NCBI RefSeq assembly: GCF_037042905.1
Contig: NC_087245.1
Span: 36,086,001 to 36,150,000 of the forward strand
Length of the DNA stretch: 64,000 nucleotides
Direction: 5' to 3'
From: Lytechinus pictus
Lineage: Eukaryota
Shown: in pieces, positions 52,561-64,000 of the stretch
Numbering within the stretch: position 1 is the stretch's first letter
Layout: every line of letters starts with the position of its first letter
Translations under genes and position numbers: made by a program
The notes under the pieces: model-generated
Told to the model about the DNA's origin: nothing
Seen by the model: only the letters and a program-made list of their open reading frames with translations
The model's database searches: none

Positions 52561-54056
52561 ATGGAGGCCATGCACCCTCCCCCAATAAAAAAGGAGTTTC
52601 ACGACCAATATAAAAGGGAGAAAAAGAAGGAAAACAAAAGGAAAGATATATAAGACAATTTTAAGCCGGGGTAATAATAGCAGCGCTTTGTATCCTTAGA
52701 CAAGAAGCGCTTTATAATTCCAGCTATTATTTTTTTTTTCGGAATAGGCCAATTATGTCAAAATTTATCACAAAATTAAATTTTTCTCAAAAAGTTGAGA
52801 ATTTGTGCCCGCTTGCTCCACTTGCTTGCTGCTTTTTATGCATTTAACCTCATACGACATGTCTCTTGCCACTCTAATTTTTTTTTTTGCTTAGCACGCT
52901 ACTGATTAGATTTGATTTTCTTAATCGTTAATTCTTAAACTAATCCGTTTGAAACTTCACGAGGTGTGTTTGTTTTACTCTTTCTCTAATATCAATATCG
53001 GAAGTTCAGGTTAATTAGGTTTTTTTTTCTGCTTTCAATATAATTCCACATAAAACAATTATTTTCGAATGAAGTTGATGGATTAAAAGAAAAGTTCATA
53101 AAAAATGAAGAGTTCAAATTTTGTGTGTGCAAATATCAACGTATGTATATCAGGATGTTGATTTAACTCTACAAACAATATGATATGTGGCTATTTTTTA
53201 GGTCAGAGGTATAATTTCCTGTCAGATCAGGAATTTATATAGATGTTGAGCCCATTCGTTATTAGACTTAAGAAGACAAACTGAATACCAAACTATAAAG
53301 ACCAAGTAAATATTATTTCTCATTGTGATGCAAGGTTATAACAGCTCCTCCATTTCTTTCAATGGACTGACATGTCTTCTTCTTCTTCTTCTTGTTTTTT
53401 TACTTGCTTACTTAACACTAATCAAACTGAAAATTAGGTACTCAGGAGGAATAAATTAAAGATGCTAATTAGATCTTAACCTATATTCTTAGTGAGCAAT
53501 AATATCGTACCTTAGGAGGCGGAGAGGTCATTTTCATGACGTCATTTAGTTGTTGTCTTTCGACGGGAAGGGGCCTCTGTAGATGGCGGTGAACTTTTTA
53601 AAAAAGTCTTTGGTATGACTCGGCCAGGGATCGAACCCTCAACCTTACATTCATGAGGCGGTCGCTCTACCACAAAGCCTCCATGATGTCTGGTTAATAA
53701 TAACTTCCTTAGGCCCCTAAATAGGAATTACATCGGACATGATTTTTTTTTTCTCTCTCTCTCTCTCTCTTCATAGTAATGCGAAAGAAATAAAGGTGTT
53801 ATATTCCAGGTTAAATTGTCCATGTACGTTTCCATTTATGCTCAATATTATACTGTTTTTGTTTTGTTTTACGAAGTAAGACTGCCCTTCTGTAAAATTG
53901 TACTTGATTTGTATTACTTTATATTACTTTGTATTATGTTTTGAATGGAAATGGAATAAAGAATTGAATTGAATTGAAGATTAAGTAGTGTGTGGATTAT
54001 TTGTATATTCATGTGTTACTGCAGGATGATCAGTCTATTGTTATTGTTTGTTGACA

Positions 54057-54300
54057 CACTGCAAAAACTCCGGTGTTGATTTTAACACCAGCCCGGAATC
54101 TATATATGTCCACACCAGAGAAGTATTGAAACCACACCAGTTTGGAATCGAACCGATGCTGCTTTGATACTAATTGGTGTTGTATAAACACCTATCTGGT
54201 GTTAGACCAAAACGAAACTGGTGCTGTTTAACACTTCTCTGGTGTGGACATATATATAGATTCCGGGCTGGTGTTAAATCAACACCAGAGTTTTTGCAGT
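54057..54300. mobile_element. CACTA/EnSpm-like MITE copy
   Basis: Near-identical to 50146-50387 in the opposite orientation. Confidence 0.8.
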
Positions 54301-55177
54301 TTAAGAGTGGATGTGGGGTGGGGTTGTTAGAGCGATGATTAATAATTGTGGGTGACAGTGTGTTGGGTGGATGCGTAGTGTTTGCTTCTCTTTTATGGGT
54401 GACGAATTTTGCAACAGGTTTCAGGTACCTCAATTTTTTTTTAACTTGTAAATAATAATTTTTAACAAATTTCGTAAATATTGATTAGCCAGTGTCATTC
54501 TCCTTTTGTTTAGTTTATCATATGCATCTGGTCATATTCTTTTATCAGTTTTGACTTCTGATGTAATCTCTTATAACCTTTTCAGGACCTTGTAAAACCA
54601 TGTTTTTATATATACTGATCTTGTGTTTTCCTGAAGGTTTCAATCGACAGTTTGTGGACTCTATAGCTCGCATGTGGCGTCTCTAAAATAAAACTTAAAC
54701 CAGTGGATATGAGCCAACAATTTTTGTACAAAAAAATTGAAGGATTTTGACATAATAAAAAAAGATAAATGTCACTCTTCCCCGTTCTTTTTCTTTCCCT
54801 TTCTCCTTTTATTTTCCTCGGCCGTGAGCCCCCCCCCCCCTTCGGTACGCCAGTGACTTAGATATGTTATTCGTTGATATATTTCTCTTATTTTTTATCA
54901 TTTTAAGATAATTTGACTTTATGGTGGTGTTCCCCTTTAAATTTGATGGTTAAATATCAGCTGTTGGCTTTGTGACAGATCGATAATCTCACGTCCAATC
55001 ATTCACTAAGAATCACCGATAGTAGGTGATGAGTCACAATTGTCAGAAAAATAAAATGCATTTCTGCTAGCTGTCAGAGGAAAATGTCCACGTTGGGTTA
55101 AATTTCACTTGTTTCAGTGAAAAAAGTATGCGATTGCCGTCTAGAAACAACAGTATGTATGTTAAGCAATTATTGTC

Positions 55178-55480
55178 ATTATTATTATTATCATTATTAT
55201 TATTATTAATTATTATCATAGCATAGGATTTGTATAGCGCAGGTATCTACCATGTTAGGCGCTCCTATGTGTACCCTGGCTAAGTTAGTCTACCGAGCCC
55301 GGTGCTCACAGCTTTTCGAGGAATTACTTTCTACTGGTACCCATTTACCTCACCTGGGTTGAGTGCAGCTCAATGTTGGTAATTTGTTTGCTGAAGGAAA
55401 ACACGCCATGGCTGGAATCGAACCCTCGTCCCTTAGATTGAAAGACGAGAGTCTTAACCACTAGACCACAGCGCCCTCAC
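55178..55480 (-). mobile_element. tRNA-derived SINE
   Basis: On the - strand: TGGTCTAGTGG A box, GGTTCGATTCC B box, CAACCCAGGTG..AAATGGGTACC core and an (AAT)n tail. Shorter SINE heads at about 36800-36958 and 53560-53685 (-). Confidence 0.8.
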
Positions 55481-55683
55481 GAATGCGAGTATATGCAATT
55501 GGAACTGACAGCAGAGGTGTCAAATCATCACATAGTTTTACACTAACACGGTGTTAAAACACCACAAGTTGCATTGTCAAATTAACACCGAAGCCTTGGG
55601 CAGGTCATTCCTTTTCGACACCTGTTAGTGTGTTTCTATATTGGAGATGGGCGGTGTTAAATTCAATTACCCATGCTCCTAAT

Positions 55684-57222
55684 CAGTGGCGTACCGTGGG
55701 TCACGGCATTGGGGGGGCACCAGCAAAAATTTTGAGTCGCTCAGTGAGCGCTCAAAGCGCGCTCAATTACCAGGTATAGGCCTATTGACCTTATATAGAG
55801 ACATTTTAAGGACTGTGCCATTAAACAGATAAGTAATGTATCTCACTGATCAAATGATGCGAGCGCGAAGCGCGAGCTGAAAATTTTTGAAATTCATACC
55901 CAAAAAGGGTCAAAATAAGCTATTAAATAAAAATAGAAAAAATACGCATCTGTCTCGCTAAACAAACAATGCGAGCGCGAAGCGCGAGCTGAAATTTTTG
56001 TATTTATTGACCCCAAACAGACACAGTTTAAGGACTATTTTTTAGAAATCAAATAAGAGAATACATATCTCACCATACTCATCTAATTTGAGTGCCAAGC
56101 GCTTGCTGATTTTGTTAGAAAACATGAAACCCCTTTTGTAGTCATTGTAAACATGATTAAAATACGCATCTCACTAATCAAATATTGCGAGCGCGAAGCG
56201 CGAGCTAAAAATTTAGGAAATTCAGACCTGAAGAGAAGCATTCTAAGGCTTGTTTGTAGGAATTTACGAAGACCATACGTACTTCACGTACAAAATGATG
56301 CGAGCGCGAAGCGCGAGCTGAAAATTTTGTATATATTGACCCCAAACAGGGACATTTTAAGGACTATTTCTTTTTTTTTAATCCATTAAGAGTATACATA
56401 TCTCACCATAGTCATCCAATGCGAGTGCCAAGCGATTGCTGATTTTGTTAGAATCACATTCAAACACACGAAGAGCTTTTTGTAGTCATAGTAATCATGA
56501 TTATCATACGCATCTCAGTAGCGCAAAGTGCGAGCTGAAAATATAGGAAATTCAGATCTGAAGAGGGGCATTCTAAGGCTTGTTTGTAGGAATCTACTAT
56601 GACCATACGTATTTCACTAAACAAATGATGCGAGCGCGAAGCGCGAGCTGAAAATTTTTTATATTTACAATAGAAAAAGAGACATTTTAAGGACCGATTT
56701 CAGGAATTCATGAAGAGCAGACAAATCTCATCAATCCACTAATTCGAACGTAAGCACGAACACGAACAAGGATGTTTTTATATACAGACCTTAAAATGGG
56801 GCTATCACTTTAAGTAGTCATGAAAAGAAGCATATGTCACTACATAAAACAATAATAACTCGAAGTGCGATGATATATATTTGGTGCATATTGACTTAAA
56901 AACAGGACGTTTTGGTACAACATGATTGTACATGTATATCTCGTTAAACAGACAATGCTAGTACCAGGAATAATGAACAAATGGGCCCTGAGCACATTAT
57001 GTTTCATAAAGTTATGAAAAAAAAAATTATTATGTAATATAACACAACATATAATATAATATAACATTATAATGTACAATAAATTCTTCTTTCCCACTAC
57101 GTTTCTTTCTTTTCCCTCTTTTTCTCCCTTTTCTCCCGTTTTTTTTTTTTTTTTTTTTTTTTTTTGCCAGCCGATTGGGGGGGCACGTGCCCCCCCCCAT
57201 GCCCCCCGTAGTTACGCCACTG
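55684..57222. mobile_element. Complete non-autonomous hAT-like DNA transposon (~1.5 kb)
   Basis: Terminal inverted repeats (TIRs) CAGTGGCGTA...TACGCCACTG. Perfect 8-bp TSD CTCCTAAT at 55676-55683 and 57223-57230. Internal tandem subrepeats. Confidence 0.9.
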
Positions 57223-58882
57223 CTCCTAATGATGCATAGTGAATGAAATTAGATTAACAATTATGACTTGCGAACGTCAGTGGTAAAGTTTTATAGGATG
57301 AGTCCTTAAATATACATACATGTACATGTATATCTGTAAAATTAGACAAAACCCTTCAAAACGAGAAATATGGAAAGAGAGCAAGAGATAAAAAAATGAG
57401 AGGGGGGCAAAGAATGGGGTGGGATATGAGAGTGACCGAGGAGGGGGGAGGAGAGATGAGGGAAGGAGAAAGAATTCGGTATAGGAGGAGGAATGGTGTG
57501 GGTGAGAAGAAAGGGGAAGTGGGAGAAAGGTAAAGAGTACTAGAAGGAAAAGAGTCAGAAAGACAGATGGTAAAGATGAAATGAATAACGGGAGCAGTAA
57601 CGTATCTGGCAAATCTCGTCGTCGAGGACTAAATGTTCTGAGGAGTAAACAAATATAATCATGCACTGCTGGTGTTGATTTAACACCAGCCAGGAATCTA
57701 TATATGTCCACACTAGAAACAACATCAGTTTGGAATCAAACCGATGCCGTTTTAAAACTAATCGGTGACCAAAACGAAACTGATGCTCTTTAACACTTCT
57801 CTAGTGTGGACATATATAGATTCCGGGCTGGTGTTAAATCAACACCAGAGTTTTTGCAAATTAAGAGTGGGTGTGGGGTGGGGTTGTTAGAGTGATGATT
57901 AATAATTGTGGGTGACAGTGTATTGGGTGGATGCGTAGCGTTTGCTCCTCTAATTGGTGACGAATTTTGCAAGTGGTTTCAGGTTCCTCACCTTTTTTTT
58001 TAAATAAAACTTGCAAATAATAATAATAATGCTGTTTTGATACTAATTGGTGTTGTATAAACACCTATCTGGTGTTAGACTAATACCAAACCGGTGTTGT
58101 TTAACACTTCTCTGGTGTGGACATATATATATTCCGGGCTGGTGTTGAATCAACACCGGAGTTTTTGCAGTGTAATAAAAGAAAAGAAGTCATCAGAATT
58201 ATGCCAGGGGAGAACTCTGCCACTATCCTGCAAGCACAGAATAAAATGTGACACTTTAACAATGTATACCATGTGAAGACTAGCCTCCAAATTCTCTGCC
58301 TGTGTCAGACAAACCACAAGTACACGTGTGAATGTAGTCTAATTACTTCAGACTCTTCTTATAATGCACTGTGCGAAAACAAAAGGTATTTGCCTGGAGA
58401 CTACATGCCCCATGCATGCCCCCTTTAAGGTAAGTTGAAGGAAAAGAAAGAAGAAAGATCTGAAGAAAAAAAAGACAAGGTGGGGAAAGTAAAAAGAACA
58501 AGAGATAAAAATATGAACAGGACACCCTCTCACAAAAAAACATATATTTATTCTGCGCTGACGCACATGCACTCTCAATAAAGAGTTAAGATGATTCATA
58601 TCAATACAGATGATTAAGTGAACATTTGTCATGGTTTCCCGATAAATGTTTGATACGAACAGGTCGATCTAGCTGGGGATACCAGGGCCGAGCACCCCTC
58701 TATTATTCTTATAATCATCACTTACACGTAACAAGACAGATGCTCTTACGACAATTGCCCCTCCGTCAATATCTTCTCTGAAGATAATAAGATGAGGGTT
58801 CGAAATTTCATAAGATGTTTAGTTCAGAATCATAATTTTTATGAGAATTAAAATTAAGGTTTAGGGAATTCAAAGTTTGGAG

Positions 58883-59855
58883 CAGGGGCGGCGGAACGTA
58901 TTTTCGTTGGGGGGAGGGCAAAGCAAAAAAGGGCACTTAGACCTATATGTCAACATTGGCATTTCGTTGCAAACGGATATTTTCACCACGAGATTACCAT
59001 CTGCGTAAATTAGTCGTGTGTTTTGTAGTAAAAAAGTTGAGCAAATCATTTACGTTTAATTTTTTTTCACGAGCGAGGGTAGCGAGCGGTTTTGAAAATT
59101 CTCAAATCTGAAGTTGTAAAACTCGCTTAACGGTCAATGACGCTAATTACTGTTAAAAGGGCATCCTCGCGAGATGTTGCAAGCACGAATCACGAGCTCA
59201 AACTTTTGGACATTTCATTTAATAAGCCATGAAAACGTTGTGTATCTAACTAAAGAATAGACATGAGCACGAAGCGCGAGCTGAAAATTATATTATACTC
59301 ACCAGATAAGTGAACTGATAAGGGCTGTATGAGTGATGAATAAGATAAATATCTCACCAATTCAATGCGCGAAGCGCGAGCTGAAAATTTGTGATATTCC
59401 GACCTGAAAACTGGACATTCTAAGCACTTTTTGTAACCAAGGACAAAATGAGTACCTTTTTATTACTATACAATAATTAATGCGAGCGCGAAGCGCTAGC
59501 CAAATTTTTTTATGATTTTCTAACTTAAAATGTATCATGTTTTATTTCAAAAAGGGTATTTTGTTTTGAAAAAGGGCACATTTCATTTTGAAAAAAAAAG
59601 AAGACGTTTTTTTCCTATGGGGATTTTTTAACCAAGGACAAAATGAGTACCTTCTTTTTATTACTATACAATAATTAATGCGAGCGCGAAGCGCTAGCCA
59701 AAATTTTTCATGATTTTCTAACCTAAAATGTATCATGTTTTATTTCAAAAAGGGTATTTTGTTTGGAAAAAGGGCACATTTCATTTTGAAAAAAAAAGAA
59801 GACATTTTTTTCCTATGGGGATTTTTTATGCCCCCCCCCAGCTACGCCGCCCCTG
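58883..59855. mobile_element. hAT-like non-autonomous element with an internal ~195-bp tandem duplication (59434-59828)
   Basis: TIR CAGGGGCGGCG / CGCCGCCCCTG. TSD GTTTGGAG / GTTTGAAG matches at 7 of 8 bases. Confidence 0.8.
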
Positions 59856-60566
59856 GTTTGAAGCTCTGATTTATGTTTGGCTAAATATATGTACTTCCAG
59901 TATAGGAGCAATGCCGCTAACATGGCTAATGCCGCATGAGCAACTGTCATGAAGTCCCCTTGAACTAGCGTTATAACTTATATCAAAATATAGACAGATA
60001 TAAACATGATAAATACAAATGCCATCTGCGCCCATTCCATTTCCGAAATCCAGGATCTGCTACTCTGTGTATCCTTATTTTTGTTTTGTTATGAACTTAA
60101 AAAGTGCACTGAACCACCATCTACGGCACATGCGATATAATATTGATGATTTTAAAAGTCTTATACGAAATTAATTTTGTCACTGTACATCACAACAACC
60201 AAGGGTTGCGGTACAGCTTGATTGTTAAAGGGGGTGAACTGTGTGTGGTCTCTCTTTGATTGTGTGTTATAATAATACATAGTCTTAAAATATACGTTTT
60301 CAGATAATCTACTAATACTACGGTGAATTAATTGACCTATAATTGTATTTGTATAGAGAAACTAAAATGTTTTGAGAGGAAAAGTAATTGTTTTGCTACT
60401 TGGTAACATAATTATTGTGGTATAAATGTATTGAGTAGTTAATTAGTATGTTATCATTCAAGTGAGTCTATATTACTATATTACATTAGCATTATGGGTC
60501 AGGAAACTGGCCAGGTATGAGTAATTGAGGACTCGAGATGGCGCTTTTGGTTCGTATCTGCTTTAA

Positions 60567-61138
60567 AGGTCAAGCCCACCCCCCAAAAAATTGATTTGAA
60601 TACAAAGAGAAAATTCCAACGAGCATAACACCGGAAATTTAGTCAAAATCGGATGTAAAATGTGCAAGTTATGACACTTTAAAGTTTCGCTTAATATAGA
60701 TAACAGTTGTATGCACACCATGATGAGACTCATGACGTCACCCACTCACTATTTCTGCTGTATATTGTTATATGGAATATGAAATATTCTGATATTCTCC
60801 TCATTGTTGGCGAAACAACGAATAATTCCTCCCTGAATATGTGGAATTGGCATTGTTTAATACTATGTGGTTCAGTTAAGTTAGTCCAGCAAAAAATAAA
60901 TATTGTAAAACAATATAGAAAAAAGGAATAGTGAGTCAGGGACATCATCGACTATCTCATTAATTTGTCATGTCACTGAGTTGCGCATATCACTGTTTTT
61001 TGAAAGATAAGCGAAAGTTATAAATGCCATAACTTTCTCATTTTTCATCCCCCCCAAAAAATGAAATTTTCAGCGTTATGCTGGTTTGATTTTTCTCTAT
61101 TTATTCAAATGAACATTTTTCTGGGGTGGACTTGACCT
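60567..61138. mobile_element. Kolobok-like non-autonomous element (TTAA TSD, AGG termini)
   Basis: TTAA|AGGTCAAG.CCACCCC ... GGGGTGGACTTGACCT|TTAA. Partial copies at about 22060-22448 and 12240-12730. Confidence 0.8.
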
Positions 61139-61831
61139 TTAAAGCCAAATAATATGACTTTCTGATGAAGGGGGTAGGGGGTGTAGAGGGGGAGAGAGAG
61201 AGCAACAGGAACTATAAATATTACATCAATTGAAACTATTTTTACTGCTTATCTGTGAAGGAAGCTCACAGTTTCCGTTAAACTTGCCATGTACATACAT
61301 ATATAAACGCGATGCATATAACCATTTCAGTTGTATCAACTTACTGTTCAACCTTTACTAAACAAGGTAGCAAGATTTGGCACGGCCCCAATACAAATCA
61401 GATTCTGTGTCTGTTTGGTGGTTTTTTTACCATGTGAAAATAAAATTTGTCTATCATCTATATTTCTAAAGAAAAAAAAATTATATTCTACGGCTATAGC
61501 AAATGATACAAAACTATTTAGAAGTAGCGAAAAAAAAATATAGTAGGAAAAAAGATACAAGTAATGAAACAGGAAGAGAAACGGAAAATAACATAAATAG
61601 AGGGGTATTATAATAGATCATATCGCTATATATAAAACAATTATCCACTTGAGAAAATAAGCCCCCTTCCACCATAAATTCCGTGGTGCCGTCCACTGCC
61701 GTTTTCATACACTCGCACTCCCCTCATGTGACATGTCACCCCTTAGATTCATCAATCAATCGTCATCAGTTGACGAGTTTTCATGATTATAACTTTGGAT
61801 AACTTACGTCAGCTAGAACATTTAAACTTAC

Positions 61832-61892
61832 CCTGCACAGAAGAGTGTATCCATAACAGCGACAAGACAAGGGATGAATAAACCATCATCAT
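61832..61892 (-). CDS. Gene B probable first coding exon: signal peptide
   Basis: Translates MMMVYSSLVLSLLWIHSSVQ followed by G|gtaagt (phase 1). Splicing to 38536 gives SSVQA/QTCRGRC, a plausible cleavage site. The nine exons total 1494 nt, giving 497 aa plus stop. Confidence 0.65.
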
Positions 61893-64000
61893 GTTAGCAC
61901 AAATTGATGTTGAGATCGGCACTCAACCGCTTTAACTATTCGCACACTCCTGTGTCGGTACAAGCTCGACATATCAACTTGGAATGAAACAGTTTCATTT
62001 CGTGCAGGTGCATATGCCCGGCAAACTTATTTGACAGCCCGCGTTGAGTCATGTTTAAACCGCCGCACAGAGGTATGTTGTTTTTCATCTGCAAAGGTTT
62101 CGAGCTAAACACGGTTATATCCGATACCCTTGATTGTATCGTAGACGAAATATCCGTTGTGAATGATCCGGTTGACATGGATTCGCCTGCAGTGGGGGGG
62201 GGGGGGGGGCGGGGCGTGGTTAAAAGGCATGTCGCTTAGATCTGTCAAGAGGGTGTGTAAGTCAATAAAATTGACTTATGATGTGGCTTTACTAGAAACG
62301 TATAAATCCAAGCGCATATTGACCACAGGGGCGTAACAGGGGTCGGTGGCCGGAGGGGGGGGGGGCAAGAGCCAAAAATTTCCCGGTCATATCATAGTAT
62401 GAACAGGATTTTTTTTTATGATTGTGCCCCGAGCATTAGGGCGAAGCTCAATGCGTGATAAGTACCCCCCCCCCCAAAAAAAAAAGGAGGGGCACAGCAT
62501 GGCGCGCGCGCAAAAATTTACTCAATAAAGCCCCGAGCGAGCGTAGCGAGCGAGAAAAGAAATTGCTTTCTCATGAGAATCTAACTTTGTGATTGATTTT
62601 GACATGGATTCAGAAAATAACATAATATCTTACATCTTTCTTTCCTTTCATTTTCTTTCATCTTTTATTTTTTGTTCTTGGTTGTAGAACTTTTACGGTA
62701 GGCAGTGCCATGCGGCAGGCGCGGATCCAAGATCTTGTAGGGAGGGGACCCAAATTTGACTTGTGTACTTTTCCAAAAATGATGCCCCTCCCTCTCTGCC
62801 AAACAAACATAAGAGCCTTCAAATGCATGTTGAATTATCTTACTTTATAATCACATGAAAAAAGGCAATTGAAGACCATTTTTCTTTTAATGTACTCATG
62901 AAGAAAAAAAATCCATTAATATAATCACTTTTTTAAATAATAAATGCGAGCGCCAAGCGCGAGCGATTTTCTGTTTTAAGCCTTTTGGGTTTCAATTTTG
63001 TTTAATCTCTCATCAGAGGAGGCCCTAATAGAATTGTGTAAACAGGAGCTGTATACTAGCCGTTTTAGAGTATAGCATTCAATTATTGATAACCTCTTGG
63101 GAATAATGCAATTTCGAAGGCAATCGACTAATTATAACAATCTCCTCATCAGTGGTGTAGCTGGGATTTGTTCAGAAGGGGCGCATGGGGGAGGGGGCTT
63201 GTGAACTTTTTGTAGGTGTAGGGGGCACCATGATAAGAAAGAAATTGGTGTGGGGTACAGACCGGAGTTAAAGAAAATCTGAGATCTATTCTAAAAAAAT
63301 GCAATGGGGTATTTCACAAGGCCTCAGTAAATAATGCGAACGCGAAGCGCGATCTGATTTTTTTCTTATTGTTCATGTATTTATCTTGAAAGCTTAAGTA
63401 ATTGTTGTGATGAACACGATGCATATCTACTTTTTGAAGAAAAAAGTGAGTGCGAGCCTGAAGCGCGAGCTGATTTTTTTTTATTTTTTTTAATTTCCAC
63501 AATAACAGCAAGTACATGTTTTACATCTCAACGTAATTATGGAAAAAATTCAATTCAAATTACATTGGAATAAAACAATACAATACGTTCGTGAAAGCAG
63601 TCAAATAATTGATAATGATCAGACAACAAAAACACCGATTAATTTTTAAGTTTGAGTTTGCGTTTAAAAGTAAACAAACTTGGTGAGTTCTTTATATATA
63701 GACTCATCCAGAGAATTTAATAAATCAAGACCAGTGTGAATAATAGTTTTCTGTTTAAATAATGTTCTCAACAAAGGAAGGTGAAGTTATGATAATTGTA
63801 TTGTGGGATAGCTATGGAAACGATCATTTTTGGTAAATAATAAACTTAGAAGGGTTGGCAATTCACCGCGATTTAATTAGTACATAAAACAGCCAAGACG
63901 AAGGTGATATAAGTAATTCATTTTCACAATTTTATTAAAATAAAAAAGTTCATCTGTGTGAGCCAGTGGCGTAATTACGGGGGGGGGGGCAAGATTATAC

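Noticed and set aside
50146..58172. Recurring AACACCAG repeats suggestive of a CRISPR-like array
   Set aside because: They are dispersed palindromic MITE copies in eukaryotic DNA, with no regular repeat-spacer structure and no cas genes.

Overview
Eukaryotic, AT-rich, intron-containing genomic DNA, most likely from a sea urchin (echinoid). That assignment is inferred from the SINE/MITE types, the poly-G/C tracts and the gene content. Four spliced protein-coding genes were assembled by hand from GT-AG sites and codon phases. (1) The 3' part of LRRD1 (LRR + death domain), + strand, 22-4845. (2) Gene A, an orphan 462-aa type I membrane protein, - strand, 22845-10546. It has a tiny Ser/Thr ectodomain and a ~365-aa tyrosine-motif-rich tail, resembling a transmembrane adaptor. 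(3) Gene B, a 497-aa mosaic receptor (signal peptide-SMB-SRCR-WSC-CCP-TM-tail), - strand, 61892-25952. (4) A 678-aa secreted alpha-amylase with an extra ~190-aa C-terminal domain, + strand, 42368-47559, which appears to be nested antisense inside the 23-kb first coding intron of gene B. Introns carry a near-intact 5'-truncated CR1-clade LINE, tRNA-derived SINEs, many non-autonomous DNA transposons with readable target-site duplications (TSDs), microsatellites, local duplications and a perfect 82-bp palindrome. Gene models are predictions without transcript evidence.
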